Part shown: piece by piece, positions 20,483 to 32,150 of the stretch
How positions within the stretch are numbered: position 1 is the first letter of the stretch
Layout of the letters: each line of letters opens with the position of its first letter
Assembly: GCA_039189765.1 (NCBI GenBank)
Contig: JBCCYL010000030.1
Location: 1-64,000, forward strand
Length of the DNA: 64,000 nt
Direction: 5' to 3'
Origin: Cyanobacteria bacterium P01_F01_bin.150
GTDB taxonomy: Bacteria; Cyanobacteriota; Cyanobacteriia; CAKZMO01
Notes under the pieces: generated by a model
The model's database searches: none
What the model saw: only the letters and a program-made list of their open reading frames with translations
What the model was told of the DNA's origin: nothing
Program-made: the position numbers and the translations under genes

Positions 20483-22243
20483 TTAATGCTTAAGCTTTTC
20501 CGAATCGACGACCTCGGAGACCTTCAAATCAGAGACCGGACGAAAATCGCTTTTAGGTTCACCCCAATAGTCTCGTCGAGGCTCAGGGCGACCGTTAATT
20601 TCGGCGATCGCTAACTCCAAAGCCTCTAAACGACTGAATACACGATGATGCATGGGCACATACTTTTTGATATCTAAATTCATAACCCGATTTGAGACTT
20701 TAGGATTATTTCCCTGCACTAGAAACACGCTACGGCGTTTGGCAGAGGCTTCCTTCACCATCGTCTCTAATGCTAAAGAGGCAGTAACGCCCAATAGAGG
20801 CACATTACTAATATCCAAAATCAGCACATCGTAGTTTTCCAAAATACCCATTCTGCGCGAGATTCCCTTCGCTGCACCAAAGCTCATTGGTCCGCTCAAA
20901 TGCAGCAACAGTAACTGGTCCCCAGCCTGTTCTAACAAGCTCTTCTCGGTGGGATCTAATAATTGCGGATCATCGCTTGGAGCCGTAATAGTTTTCACCT
21001 CATCCACTTGCAGTTCAGTCAGATTATTGACCGTGAGCATATTGGCCAGAAACGCACCCACCGCAACTGCTGTAATCAAATCCACAAATACCGTTAGGAA
21101 GAGCACCAAATACATCAGGCTCGCGCCCTTCAGGGAAATTTTATGGGCACGCTTCAAAAATCCCCAATCAATAATGTCAATACCTACCTTGAGCAAAATT
21201 CCTGCCAATACCGCATGGGGAATAGGTTCAGTCAAACTAGAAGCCTGTACCACAATCACAAACAACACTAAGGCGTGAACCATGCCCGATAGAGGGGTTT
21301 TACCTCCTGACTGCACGTTAATCACCGTTCGCATGGTGGCTCCTGCTCCAGGCAATCCCCCAAACAACCCGGCTAAGGTATTTCCAATGCCTTGACCAAT
21401 CAGCTCTCGATCTGAATCATGTTGAGTGCGAGTAATATTATCTGCCACTAGCGAAGTAAGCAGGGAGTCAATGGCCCCCAACATCGCCAGCATAATACTG
21501 TATCCCACCATTGTTTTGAGTTCACTCAGCTCAAAGAACGGGAGCTGAAACCGTGGCAATCCCTGAGGAATATCACCAATACGGGCCAGCGCTTCTGGCT
21601 CCAAAATTACGACAGATAGAGTCGTACAAAAAACCAAAGCAAGCAGCGGCGCTGGCACTAAGCGGTTTAGACGAGGCGGTGCAAGAAAAACAATTGCTAA
21701 GGTTAGTAAACCCATACCCAGAGCTGCGGGGTTTGGATCACTCAGAAACACGGGCAAATTCCGAACCGACTGTATCACGCTAGATGAAGACGGATGGCCT
21801 AAAAACGGTCCCAATTGAATCAAGATAATAATGACACCAATTCCTGACATAAAGCCAGAGATAACGGTATATGGCATCAAGGTAATAAATTTGCCTAACC
21901 GCAGAAGGCCAAACAGAATTTGAAACAGTCCCCCCATCAGGACAACGGTAAAAGCCATTGCCACACCATGCTCTGGATTATTGGCAACCAAAGCTGTGAA
22001 GACCGTTCCCATCACCACTGTCATAGGACCCGTCGGGCCAGAAATTTGTGAGGGAGTCCCCCCAAACAGCGCCGCAAAAAAGCCTACAAATAGGGCACCA
22101 TACAGGCCCATAATCGCTCCGTTCTCTGCGTCAACAGACACACCAAAGGCGAGAGCTAGAGGTAAGGCAACAATGGCAGCGGTTATCCCACCAAAAATGT
22201 CACCTCGAATATTTTTGAAGTGAAGACCATGAACCAATTTCAT
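20483..22243 (-). CDS. bicA: SulP/SLC26 Na+-dependent bicarbonate transporter, BicA-like
   Basis: NIRGDIFGGITAAIVALPLALAFG, QISGPTGPMTV, GAGATMRT, STAS domain with LSGPMSFGAAK. Confidence 0.85.
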   Translation of the reverse strand: MKLVHGLHFKNIRGDIFGGITAAIVALPLALAFGVSVDAENGAIMGLYGALFVGFFAALFGGTPSQISGPTGPMTVVMGTVFTALVANNPEHGVAMAFTVVLMGGLFQILFGLLRLGKFITLMPYTVISGFMSGIGVIIILIQLGPFLGHPSSSSVIQSVRNLPVFLSDPNPAALGMGLLTLAIVFLAPPRLNRLVPAPLLALVFCTTLSVVILEPEALARIGDIPQGLPRFQLPFFELSELKTMVGYSIMLAMLGAIDSLLTSLVADNITRTQHDSDRELIGQGIGNTLAGLFGGLPGAGATMRTVINVQSGGKTPLSGMVHALVLFVIVVQASSLTEPIPHAVLAGILLKVGIDIIDWGFLKRAHKISLKGASLMYLVLFLTVFVDLITAVAVGAFLANMLTVNNLTELQVDEVKTITAPSDDPQLLDPTEKSLLEQAGDQLLLLHLSGPMSFGAAKGISRRMGILENYDVLILDISNVPLLGVTASLALETMVKEASAKRRSVFLVQGNNPKVSNRVMNLDIKKYVPMHHRVFSRLEALELAIAEINGRPEPRRDYWGEPKSDFRPVSDLKVSEVVDSEKLKH

Positions 22244-22535
22244 AAATCTTTGCCAATGAAGGAGCAGTAAAAGTCGATGCAAATGGTCATGCCAGAGAAC
22301 CACACTGCTGAGAATTTCAACCATCCAGATCAACAAAAGATGGCAGCAGCAGAAGATGACTGGCTAAAAAACAAATGATTGAGAACCCTCTGGAGCTATT
22401 CACATCAAGGGTTACTTACAGGGCGCAATCCTAAACGTTGAGTCATCAGAACCACGTCGAATCTTGGTTGGCTTACATTTATCAGCCCTCATCAAGAAAA
22501 ACCAAAAAGTAATAAAAGATACTAAACAAAGATTA

Positions 22536-22570
22536 ATTTCAAGTTAACAGCTAAATTGTTAACTTGAAAT
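22536..22570. promoter_or_regulatory. Perfect 14-bp inverted repeat in the bicA/ndhO divergent region
   Basis: ATTTCAAGTTAACA-GCTAAAT-TGTTAACTTGAAAT. Confidence 0.5.
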
Positions 22571-22867
22571 CGATGAATCTATTATGCATCTTATGTTTCA
22601 TTAATCCACAAGTTTTCATGACCATGAAGAAAAGATAGATTTATTTACGATTTTTTAGAATATTGATGTTACATTGGCCAACTAATTCTTCAGTATTTTT
22701 TAGGGTGTTTTTAGTTTTTGGATGGTGCGAATTGTATTAGGTGACTCATTCGCTGAGAAATGGATATCTTGCCATCTGCCGTGTGACAAATGATTCATCC
22801 GAGAACTAAAATGCTAGAGAGGTTAAGAAAATCCACGGTCTTAAAAGAAGTAGAGGTTATCTGAAGT

Positions 22868-23092
22868 ATGCCAGCTAAAAAAATCAAAAGAGGTAGTCTC
22901 GTTCGGGCAGTCCGGGAAAACCTAGAAAATAGTCTAGAAGCCCAAGCTAGTGATGCGAAACTCCCACCATATCTATTTGAGACAAAAGGCGAAGTGCAAG
23001 AGGTGAAGGGCGATTACATGTTGGTTAAGTTTGGCCATGTGCCGACCCCTAATATTTGGTTACGGGCGGATCAGCTTGAACTGTATACCTGA
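22868..23092 (+). CDS. ndhO: NDH-1 complex subunit O
   Basis: [23 protein letters not shown]...[11 protein letters not shown]...[14 protein letters not shown]. Confidence 0.95.
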   Translation: MPAKKIKRGSLVRAVRENLENSLEAQASDAKLPPYLFETKGEVQEVKGDYMLVKFGHVPTPNIWLRADQLELYT

Positions 23093-23098
23093 GTCAAC

Positions 23099-23129
23099 GG
23101 TAGTGGGCGCGCGAAGCATGCCCACTACC
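23099..23129. repeat. Hairpin matching the MITE internal stem; possible ndhO terminator
   Basis: GGTAGTGGGC-N11-GCCCACTACC, 6 nt after the ndhO stop codon. Confidence 0.6.
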
Positions 23130-23214
23130 TGGGATTTTCACTTTAAATCACCATGAATGCTGCATTGTTTGCTATTTCTTATGATGTATCTTCTTTCATT
23201 ACGATTATTCGACT

Positions 23215-23910
23215 ATGAAAACGATCGGTTTAATTGGGGGGATGAGCTGGGAATCTTCTTTGGAGTACTATCGAATCATCAACGAGTGTACTAAGGCAAC
23301 GCTGGGTGGGTTGAATTCTGCCAAGTGTATCCTCTACTCCGTTAACTTTGCCGAAATTGAAGCGTTACAAGACCAAGGTAGATGGGCCGAAGCAGCCACC
23401 GTATTATGCAATGCTGCTAAAAATTTGGAGCAAGCTGGGGCAGACTTTATCGTCCTCTGTACGAATACGATGCACAAAGTAGCAGATGCGATCGCCTCTC
23501 AGATTAAGATTCCACTACTGCATATTGCCGATGCAACGGCGGCAAGAGTCCAAGCAAACCAAATAAAAAACATTGGATTGCTGGGCACTCGATTTACTAT
23601 GGAGCAAGAATTTTATCGTGGGCGCTTGACTAATTCCCATGGGCTAAACGTCCTGATCCCCACTGAATCCGAGCGGCAAATCATCCACACCGTCATTTAT
23701 GAAGAACTATGCTGCGGTCTGCTTAATCCAGAATCCAAAAAGCAGTACATAGAGATTATCAATCGTTTAGTGGACAGTGGTGCAGAAGGGATTATTTTAG
23801 GCTGTACAGAAATAGAAGCTTTAGTTCAACCCGCAGACTGTTCAGTAGTTACATTTCCTACTGCCAGGATTCATGCAGAGGCTGCGGTGGATTTAGCCCT
23901 TTCCACGTAA
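23215..23910 (+). CDS. Aspartate/glutamate racemase family (YgeA/RacX-like)
   Basis: IGLIGGMSWESS, LCTNTMH, ILGCTEI. Confidence 0.93.
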   Translation: MKTIGLIGGMSWESSLEYYRIINECTKATLGGLNSAKCILYSVNFAEIEALQDQGRWAEAATVLCNAAKNLEQAGADFIVLCTNTMHKVADAIASQIKIPLLHIADATAARVQANQIKNIGLLGTRFTMEQEFYRGRLTNSHGLNVLIPTESERQIIHTVIYEELCCGLLNPESKKQYIEIINRLVDSGAEGIILGCTEIEALVQPADCSVVTFPTARIHAEAAVDLALST

Positions 23911-24031
23911 GGAAATCTATACATCGGTGATTATTTGGGGAACACTAGGGCAAGTTAATGATGGGTGTGCAATATCAAACCTTTTTGAAAAGAGCGTTAG
24001 ACAAACATCAACGGCTTCATCCCTAAATTCA

Positions 24032-26833
24032 ATGACTCGCACGATTCCCTTGCCGCAGGCTAAAGTTTTTACCCCTTCTCAGCAGAAAAGTGAGCTTCCT
24101 TTAAGCGCCATTATTATCATTCCTTTTGTTTGTCAGATTTTTGCCACAGTTGGTCTGGTCGGCTATTTGTCGGTTCGCAGTGGTCGTGAAGCTGTCAACA
24201 ACTTGATTGATAAGCTGATGATCACTGCGGAAAAAAATATCGATCACGAATTAGAGAGTTATCTGACGATTCCCCATCAAATCAATCAGGTGAGATTTGA
24301 TGATTTTCAGAATGGATTATTGAGCCTAGATAATATTGATGCCCTCTACGATCACTTTTGGGCACAAAAGCAGGCATTCAAATCCGTTAGTTATGTCTAC
24401 ATGGGGAGCGTTAACGGTGGCATGATTGCGGCAGGGCAGTTACCGGATGGAACGTTACTGATTGGAGGAACCGATAACTTTGCGGCAGGTGACTACAATA
24501 TTTATCGTGCGAATGAACAGGGCGATCGCGTCGAGCCATTCAAAACCCTACCGGATTGGACGGCTGAAAACTACGCCTGGTTCACTAAACCTCGCAATGC
24601 AGGACAACCCACTTGGGGTACCCCTTATAAGTGGACCGGGCGGGATGTAGTCGCCATTTCAGCAGGGCGACCGGTGTACGCCGCCAACGGGGCTTTTCTG
24701 GGCACCGTCGCGGTAGATTTATCACTATCTGACATTGGTCAGTTTTTAGAAGATATTGAAATTAGTCCATCCGGCTCCATCTTCATTGTTGAGCGAACGG
24801 GTGAATTGATTGCTACATCCACCAATAGTCCGGTCGCCATCACCCAAAATGAAGAAACGGTTAGGTTAAAGGCAGAAGCTAGCCAAGACCAAACGGTAAA
24901 GCGGGTCGCTCAAGCTCTTTCTGAGAGTGAACCCGATTGGCGTCAGACCTCTGTTATCACAACATTTCCCCTTATCATTAACAACCAGACCCATTTTGTT
25001 CGTCTGATCCCTTGGTCCGACAGGTATGGTCTAGACTGGCAGATTGTTATGGTCGTCCCCGAAAGCGACTTTATGGGGCAAATTAATCAGAATTTCCAAC
25101 GCACAATAGGTCTGTGTTTATTGGCCTTAACTGTGTCCATCATCATCGGCATTCTAACCGCACGCTGGATTGTCCACCCCATTCTCAAACTCAACCAATC
25201 TGCCCAAGATTTAGCCCAAGGGAAATGGACGACTCCCATCATTGCTGAGCGCAATGATGAAGTAGGGCAGTTGGCGCTGTCCTTTAAAGATATGGCCAGT
25301 CAACTACAGAGTTCTTTCGAACTATTGGAACAACGCGTACAGGAGCGCACTGTGGAGTTAGCGGGAGCCAAAGATGTGGCCGATCGCGCCAACCAAGCCA
25401 AAAGTGAATTTCTAGCCAATATGAGCCATGAACTTCGGACTCCTCTAAATGGCATTCTTGGCTATGCTCAAATTTTGTTAAGGGATGGAACAGTTGCCCC
25501 CAAACAAAAGCACAGTGTGGGGATCATTCAACGCTGTGGGAATCACTTGCTGACCCTGATCAACGATATTTTGGACTTGTCAAAGATTGAAGCCCGAAAA
25601 CTAGAATTGACCCCTAGAGGGTTTCACTTTCCTGCCTTTCTAAGAGGAGTACAGGAATTAACTCAGGTCAAAGCTGATGAAAAAGAGTTAACCATTATCA
25701 ACGAGTTTGATCCCAACCTCCCTGAAGGTATTCTGGCAGATGAAAAGCGCTTGGGGCAGATTCTAATTAACTTATTGGGTAATGCGATTAAATTTACCCA
25801 AGAGGGTCAAATTACCTTCAGGGTCACCAACTTGGTTCTCAGTGGAGAAAGCAGTGCAGGGGTAGATCGTTCCTCACGGACCCACCGCATCCGTTTTGAG
25901 ATCCAAGACTCTGGGGTAGGCATTTCACCAGAAGATATGGAGAAGATTTTTCTACCCTTCGAACAAGTTGGAGATAAGAGAAAAAAGAATGAAGGCACGG
26001 GCCTTGGGCTAACCATTAGTCGCCAAATCATTACTCTGATGGGAGGACAATTAAAAGCGTCCAGTGCGATCAATGAAGGCAGTACCTTCTGGTTTGATCT
26101 GGATATGACTGAGGCAACAGATGTTCATCAGATTGAGTCTTCAACCCATGGCATGATTACAGGCTATGGAGACGCACCTCAAACGGTACTGATCGTGGAT
26201 GATAAGTTGGAGAATCGCGCGGTTTTGGCAGGATTATTAGTCCCCATTGGCTTTGAGGTGATTGAGGCTGAACATGGTCGCGAGGCTCTGGATAAGATTG
26301 AAGCGGCGGATCATCAAATTGATTTAATTATCACTGATTTAGTGATGCCAGAAATGAATGGGTTTGAATTTCTACAGCGGGTCCGACAGATGGAGGCATT
26401 AAAAGATATAGTGGCGATCGCATCCTCTGCTAGCGTCTTTGAAGCTGACCAGTTTCGCAGTTTGGATGCAGGGGCCAATGGATTTTTACCGAAACCGATT
26501 CAGGCTGACGATTTATTGAAAATGCTGGACCAGCATTTATCCCTGGACTGGCAGTATGCTGTTGAGGAATTGGATACTGAAACGAGCGATTCAAGCCAGA
26601 CAGATCGACAAGTGAAAGCGATCGCCTCCCTTCCCAAGGATATTCTGCATGAGCTGTCTGAACTGATCTCAATGGGAGATACTGACGCTATTATTGAGCA
26701 AGCTGAACACATTCAAAAAAATTATCCCAAAGCCAATAAATTTGCTCTTCACCTAAAACAGCTTGCAGAAGTGTGTTACATGGATGAGCTAGAAGCTTTA
26801 ATTAGAGCTAATTTAACGGCCCAGTTACCATAA
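24032..26833 (+). CDS. Hybrid sensor histidine kinase (Cache-HAMP-HisKA-HATPase-REC)
   Basis: Two TM segments, [36 protein letters not shown], receiver with DLVMP. Confidence 0.93.
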   Translation: MTRTIPLPQAKVFTPSQQKSELPLSAIIIIPFVCQIFATVGLVGYLSVRSGREAVNNLIDKLMITAEKNIDHELESYLTIPHQINQVRFDDFQNGLLSLDNIDALYDHFWAQKQAFKSVSYVYMGSVNGGMIAAGQLPDGTLLIGGTDNFAAGDYNIYRANEQGDRVEPFKTLPDWTAENYAWFTKPRNAGQPTWGTPYKWTGRDVVAISAGRPVYAANGAFLGTVAVDLSLSDIGQFLEDIEISPSGSIFIVERTGELIATSTNSPVAITQNEETVRLKAEASQDQTVKRVAQALSESEPDWRQTSVITTFPLIINNQTHFVRLIPWSDRYGLDWQIVMVVPESDFMGQINQNFQRTIGLCLLALTVSIIIGILTARWIVHPILKLNQSAQDLAQGKWTTPIIAERNDEVGQLALSFKDMASQLQSSFELLEQRVQERTVELAGAKDVADRANQAKSEFLANMSHELRTPLNGILGYAQILLRDGTVAPKQKHSVGIIQRCGNHLLTLINDILDLSKIEARKLELTPRGFHFPAFLRGVQELTQVKADEKELTIINEFDPNLPEGILADEKRLGQILINLLGNAIKFTQEGQITFRVTNLVLSGESSAGVDRSSRTHRIRFEIQDSGVGISPEDMEKIFLPFEQVGDKRKKNEGTGLGLTISRQIITLMGGQLKASSAINEGSTFWFDLDMTEATDVHQIESSTHGMITGYGDAPQTVLIVDDKLENRAVLAGLLVPIGFEVIEAEHGREALDKIEAADHQIDLIITDLVMPEMNGFEFLQRVRQMEALKDIVAIASSASVFEADQFRSLDAGANGFLPKPIQADDLLKMLDQHLSLDWQYAVEELDTETSDSSQTDRQVKAIASLPKDILHELSELISMGDTDAIIEQAEHIQKNYPKANKFALHLKQLAEVCYMDELEALIRANLTAQLP

Positions 26834-26993
26834 CTAGGACAAAGCAAATGCTTGACGCTGGAGGATTAACTTGAAGAGCAACATCAACTGAACAATAGCG
26901 TGGGCAAGAAGCTCCACATAGTTGTCTACCAGCAGGTGACATTTCATGAATATCAGGGTGAATTCAACGATCAACGCTTAGTAAAGCGGTTTT

Positions 26994-28406
26994 ATGCTAA
27001 AACTCGATGAGCCAACGATGAACGATTCTTGCTCTACTCATCACATCTATACGGTAGGAAACACAAAAGCATCGGCTCCCTTTATTCTGGTCGTGGATGA
27101 TGAGCCTGCTAATTTATCGCTTCTCAAAGAGGCATTATCGGCGACAGGGCTTAAGATTCGAGTGGTTACCAGCGGACTAAAAGCCATCGAGATTGCCCGC
27201 AAACATCCTCCTAGACTAATCTTGCTTGATGTTGCAATGCCTGAAATAGATGGGTTTGAAACGTGTCAACGCCTAAAAGCAGATGTTCAAACAGCAAATA
27301 TCCCAATTATCTTTGCTACTGCCTTTTCAGAACTAGACCAAAAAATACAAGCCTTTTCACTCGGCGCAGTAGACTATATCACCAAACCCTTTCATGTAGA
27401 AGAAGTGCTAGCTCGGGTCAAAGTTCAGCTCGCATTGCAAGCCTTGAACACAAACCTCCAAGAAAAAAATCAAGCCCTTGAACGGGAAGTTCAGGCTAGG
27501 GGCTTAGCAGAAAAAAATCTCACCGAGAGTAACCATAAACTTCAGCACAGCCTCCAAGCATTACAAAAAGCTCAAGTCCAGCTAATTCAAAGTAAAAAGA
27601 TGTCCAGCTTGGGTCAAATGATGGCAGGCATTGCCCATGAAATAAATAATCCTATCAACTTTATCTACGGTAATATTCAATATTTAAGACAGCCTATCTT
27701 GGATATTTTTAGGCTTATTGACCAATATACGATTGATTATCCGGAAGAGACTAAGACTATTGCAAATCTTAAAAATGAACTAGACCTTAATTTCCTCAAA
27801 ACTGATATACCTAAAGTCCTAACTTCTATTCATGATGGAGTAAATCGCATTCAAGATATCTTAACTAGTCTACGTATTTTTTCTCATTTAAATGAGGCAG
27901 AGCGAAAGAAGACTAGTATTGAAAAAGGAATTGATAGTGTCCTCCTTATTCTTGGCAACCATATCCAGGAGCAGCATAATCGCCCTGCCATTAGAATCAT
28001 TAAGCAATACAGCAATTTACCCCTTATATATTGTTATCCAGGCACGTTAAATCAGGTATTTTGGCATATTATTATTAACGCTATTGATGCATTAGAAGAG
28101 CAGATAGACCATGCGATTCAAACTCCAGCTATAACGATTAAAACAGCCTTAGAAAAAGAATCAGTTTCTATCAAGATTTCTGATAATGGTTCAGGCATCC
28201 CTGAAAATGTTCAGGAAAAGATATTTGACCCATTTTTTAGTACAAAATCTGTGGGTAATGGCAAGGGTCTTGGTCTAGCCATTTCTCATCAAATCATTGT
28301 TGAACAGCATGGTGGAACATTAAAGGTAGAGTCTAATACTGGACAGGGTTTAACATTTACGATTCTCTTACCGCTTCGAAAAAATATTTCCAGTGAATTA
28401 GAGTGA
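26994..28406 (+). CDS. Receiver-histidine kinase hybrid
   Basis: ILVVDDE/LLDVAMP receiver, AGIAHEINNP H-box, DNGSGI and GKGLGL boxes. Confidence 0.92.
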   Translation: MLKLDEPTMNDSCSTHHIYTVGNTKASAPFILVVDDEPANLSLLKEALSATGLKIRVVTSGLKAIEIARKHPPRLILLDVAMPEIDGFETCQRLKADVQTANIPIIFATAFSELDQKIQAFSLGAVDYITKPFHVEEVLARVKVQLALQALNTNLQEKNQALEREVQARGLAEKNLTESNHKLQHSLQALQKAQVQLIQSKKMSSLGQMMAGIAHEINNPINFIYGNIQYLRQPILDIFRLIDQYTIDYPEETKTIANLKNELDLNFLKTDIPKVLTSIHDGVNRIQDILTSLRIFSHLNEAERKKTSIEKGIDSVLLILGNHIQEQHNRPAIRIIKQYSNLPLIYCYPGTLNQVFWHIIINAIDALEEQIDHAIQTPAITIKTALEKESVSIKISDNGSGIPENVQEKIFDPFFSTKSVGNGKGLGLAISHQIIVEQHGGTLKVESNTGQGLTFTILLPLRKNISSELE

Positions 28407-28535
28407 TCGACCGTTTAGTACCTTTGAAGTGCCACACTTCGACATACAAATAGGGACAACCTCATCCTCTATTTATCCATGAAAAAGCCGTTTTTTATAC
28501 TGTGGCACCTCAAAAGACCATTCCAACTTTAGGGC

Positions 28536-30296
28536 TTAATCATCGTCGTCATCGTCGTCATCGTCATCGTCGTCCCACTCATAGTCATCATCCCATTCAT
28601 AATGGTCATCGTCCCATTCATAGTCGTCATCCTCACCAAAGCAACCCAGGTCACAGGTGGTCAGAATAACGTTGTCAGAAAAGCCAACTTCACGATGGGT
28701 AATTAACATACGGCTGACTTCATGGGTCGTTATGGTTTGTCTAGAACTAATTTCAGTAATCTGAACCAGCTCTCCTGGCGATGAAATAAACGCGTCTGCT
28801 AAATCAGAGTGGAAGGCTGAAATTGTGCGGTTGACCATGGCAAAGGAGCCACTTTCAAACGTGTATGGATAGTGGCAGTCCCTTTTGGCCTTAGGCATTG
28901 AATAAACATTAAACGCATCTAAGTTAATGTTATTGGCCGTTCTTAAAAAAGTGACGTTCGTGTCGTTGTAGAACCGAGACGTGTAGGTGATATGGGAAAA
29001 ATAATCGTAGATGGTGGTATCGCTATTAAAAATGCCGTCGCGATCGCTATCAATTCCATACACTGTCCGTACAAGCCGATCGCGCCAGGGATTATCGGAC
29101 AGAATTAGATTCACCGCAGCATTTTCCTCTAGCAGCTCAAATTCGCTATAGCCCAAAAATCGGCCTGCGGTATCAAATAATCTCACCACTACCCGATCGC
29201 CAGGATTGAGGCCTCGAATAAATTGCGATCGCTCATTCATGGTGTACTTAAAGTCGCCAATTAACCGTTCACCAAGATAGGACTGAGGTCGTTTGGATTT
29301 GAGCGACACTCGGGCAATAACTTCGGACAGGGTCACCTCTTGTTGAAAAATGCCCAAATTAAAATGTCCTCGGTGCGGGCTCTGCTGATTATTTTCCCGA
29401 CCAATGTCGTCAAACAGTGGCTCAAGCTGCACCGTCTGCGCTGAAGCCTGAACAGTCGTGCTTTGGTTAGCCTGGCTAATTTGAGTTGCTTGGTTCGATT
29501 GGCTCGTTTGGCTCGTTTGGGCAGATACGGTGGTTGAAGAGCTGGCATTGACGACTTGAGACGACGTTTGGGATGAAGAAACGTCCGTAGTGGTTGCTAA
29601 GCTGGTCGTCGCAATTTGGCTAGAGTAGGTTTGGGCGATCGCACCATACGTTGCTTCCCGTTCCCAAACGACCTGGCGATCACGACGGCTGCGGGTATCA
29701 TAGCGAACTTGGACCACGGCTTTTAATTCCAGCTCTTGCCAGCTCCGATATGATACGTCTTCCCGGTCTAGCCCTTCTTCAATGAGCTCCAGCTCAATGA
29801 CTTCAGGGGGCAAAATAATTCCTGTGCCAGAGCCTCCAATCAGGCGTGCCCCTGTATTGGTGTAGACTTGTGTCCACTGGCCATTGAGTTTAGCAAAGAC
29901 CTGATAAACCGCATTAGCGTAGGTGGTGTTCGGTTTGTCATCAACATCAAGCTGTAGAACAAGGGCTGTTGGATTACCATCTTCGTCTAAAAGTCGGGCA
30001 AGATGAAGCTCTGCCTCCCAATCTCCGTGCCGTTGGGCATAGAGCTGAGTCCCAGAAGGGGTGTCTGTGGAGGCAATTGCCGAGGTGACCGTTGAGGGAC
30101 TGGTCGAGGCATGCACCGAGGTCGCTGTTGTCGCAAACATAGGCAGGGCATTACCTGTAACAACAGTGGATGAAAGAAGGGCGATCGCCATATTTTTGCC
30201 CAGACTTAAAGCACGTGAACATTCAGACAAACAAGCAATGTGGCGTGTGGAAGAGGTGAACGAAAACATAGGCATCATACTCACAACGGCGATCAA
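28536..30296 (-). CDS. Hypothetical, probably exported protein with an S/T/Q linker and a highly acidic C-terminal tail
   Basis: 586-aa ORF with HIP1 sites, ending DDDYEWDDDHYEWDDDYEW(D)11. Start uncertain. Confidence 0.75.
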   Translation of the reverse strand: MIAVVSMMPMFSFTSSTRHIACLSECSRALSLGKNMAIALLSSTVVTGNALPMFATTATSVHASTSPSTVTSAIASTDTPSGTQLYAQRHGDWEAELHLARLLDEDGNPTALVLQLDVDDKPNTTYANAVYQVFAKLNGQWTQVYTNTGARLIGGSGTGIILPPEVIELELIEEGLDREDVSYRSWQELELKAVVQVRYDTRSRRDRQVVWEREATYGAIAQTYSSQIATTSLATTTDVSSSQTSSQVVNASSSTTVSAQTSQTSQSNQATQISQANQSTTVQASAQTVQLEPLFDDIGRENNQQSPHRGHFNLGIFQQEVTLSEVIARVSLKSKRPQSYLGERLIGDFKYTMNERSQFIRGLNPGDRVVVRLFDTAGRFLGYSEFELLEENAAVNLILSDNPWRDRLVRTVYGIDSDRDGIFNSDTTIYDYFSHITYTSRFYNDTNVTFLRTANNINLDAFNVYSMPKAKRDCHYPYTFESGSFAMVNRTISAFHSDLADAFISSPGELVQITEISSRQTITTHEVSRMLITHREVGFSDNVILTTCDLGCFGEDDDYEWDDDHYEWDDDYEWDDDDDDDDDDDD

Positions 30297-30587
30297 CTAC
30301 ATTGAATTTTGCTGTTGAAATACAACAGCTCTACTTTTTAGGCTGCACAGGTCGATGCGTCTCTTTAATCAGATTGTGTACAAAGGCTAGGGGACACTTT
30401 CTGATCTGGTGATCAGATTTGCCACAATCAATGAGACTGAACGCATGGGCCATTAACTGCCTAGCGCTGCCTCAGTCACATTACGCAGATTATTGACCGA
30501 TTTCAGGCCACCTCTTGAGCCGCCTGTGCCTTTTGTCGAACTGTCCGCTGTCTGGAACCTAAATTTAAAGCAGCAGTAGCGTATTGC

Positions 30588-31463
30588 TTAGACGTTTTGG
30601 AGAGTCATTAATCCATCTCGCAACGCTTTTTGTACATTGGGATTGGATTCATGGGCCAACATGACTCGGAAACATGCCGTTAATTTTTGAGCATCCATGC
30701 CCATGACCGCATTGAGAGCGATCGCCCTTGTTCCTTGCGCTGGCCCTTGCGCTGGCCCGTCGTCGTGCCTGTAGCCCAAAGACTGTACCCAGTTAATAGA
30801 GCGATAAATAGCGACGAGTCGCACCGATGTATCTTGGGAAACAAGATCCGCCCACAGCCGATCGACAGTGATGGCTGTTTCTATTAATTCTGTTGGATCT
30901 ACGCCCCCATCTTTTGCCGACGTTAAAGCTTTTGATGGCGTGGATGCGTCGCTGGTTTGCTGCCAGAATAAATAACCGATCAGACCTGCCGTCAATAGCT
31001 GTAATCCCATTGCCCATAAAAGACTCAGGGAGTGCAAGTCTCGATAAACTGCCCCTGCCGTTGCCACAATAATCGCCAACAGTCCACCGGAAAAAAGGGC
31101 AATCGTCAGTGCTTGATTAGTCGGCTGTCGGCATTGTGCCCAAAAACGAGTGAGAATACCTCTGAGACGATGATTCAGATTTTCTAGACGCGCTTGCCAA
31201 ATGCTCTGATCTCTGACTATTGCGTCCATCTCAGCAAACGTATCAAATCGATGAAACCAAGAGACATGCAAGCGGCCCACTTGGTAAAGGTATACGGTAA
31301 TCGTCGCTGTAGTCCCCGATGCGATCGCCACGGCCAATGGCCAATTCCAGCTCCACAGGCCAAACAGAAGCCCAGCTCCTATCACTAAAGGATGGGCAAG
31401 TCGCCGACAGACAGATTGCCAACGGATGGGTGAAAAATACGCTGAAGAGAACAAAGGTGACAT
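30588..31463 (-). CDS. Hypothetical membrane protein
   Basis: Four hydrophobic segments and a HEAT-like C-terminus. Confidence 0.7.
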   Translation of the reverse strand: MSPLFSSAYFSPIRWQSVCRRLAHPLVIGAGLLFGLWSWNWPLAVAIASGTTATITVYLYQVGRLHVSWFHRFDTFAEMDAIVRDQSIWQARLENLNHRLRGILTRFWAQCRQPTNQALTIALFSGGLLAIIVATAGAVYRDLHSLSLLWAMGLQLLTAGLIGYLFWQQTSDASTPSKALTSAKDGGVDPTELIETAITVDRLWADLVSQDTSVRLVAIYRSINWVQSLGYRHDDGPAQGPAQGTRAIALNAVMGMDAQKLTACFRVMLAHESNPNVQKALRDGLMTLQNV

Positions 31464-31587
31464 GGGCTTTACAAAGATGCGATCGCTCGTTTGGAAACAG
31501 CGCTCAACTTAAACTTCCTCTTAACTATAGAGCAGGTTACGATACTCAAACCAGCTTAGGCTATTTCTGAAAAATAATGTACCGCTT

Positions 31588-31618
31588 GTAGGATGGGTTA
31601 GCGACAGCGTAACCCATC
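31588..31618 (+). repeat. GTAG-type REP-like hairpin
   Basis: GTAGGATGGGTTAGCGACAGCGTAACCCATC. Confidence 0.85.
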
Positions 31619-31679
31619 GTCGTTGGTATATTTATTTCGAGAAATCGCCTTAATTGATCACCGTAATATAGTGCCGACC

Positions 31680-32150
31680 ATGATTCGATCTGCAATGTCT
31701 GAAGATGTGGCCTCTCTCTATTTTTTATCCGAAGAAATCGGCTTATTTAATCCCCCTGAACTGGAAGCATTTGCCGATATGGTCAGTGAGCATTTAGAAG
31801 GACAGCAAGAGGACCAGTGCTGGATTGTTGACGAGGAACAACAAAATCTAAGGGGGGCCGCCTACTATGCCCCTGAAACGTTTGCGGAAGGCGTTTGGAA
31901 TCTGTACTTTATTGGCGTTCATCCTGACCATCAAGGAAACGGACGGGGCAGTGCTCTCTTGAAGTATGTGGAAAAGAGCCTGGTAGAAAAGGGAGTCCGC
32001 TTGCTTCTGATAGAGACTTCAGGCATGGGAAGCTTTGAGTTGACCCGACAGTTTTACCTCAAAAACGGCTACGAAGAAGAAGGACGAATTCGCGACTTTT
32101 ACAAACAGGGCGATGACAAAGTAATTTTTCGCAAAGTCTTGTTGTCATAA
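31680..32150 (+). CDS. GNAT acetyltransferase
   Basis: VHPDHQGNGRGSALL motif A, TRQFYLKNGY. Confidence 0.9.
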   Translation: MIRSAMSEDVASLYFLSEEIGLFNPPELEAFADMVSEHLEGQQEDQCWIVDEEQQNLRGAAYYAPETFAEGVWNLYFIGVHPDHQGNGRGSALLKYVEKSLVEKGVRLLLIETSGMGSFELTRQFYLKNGYEEEGRIRDFYKQGDDKVIFRKVLLS

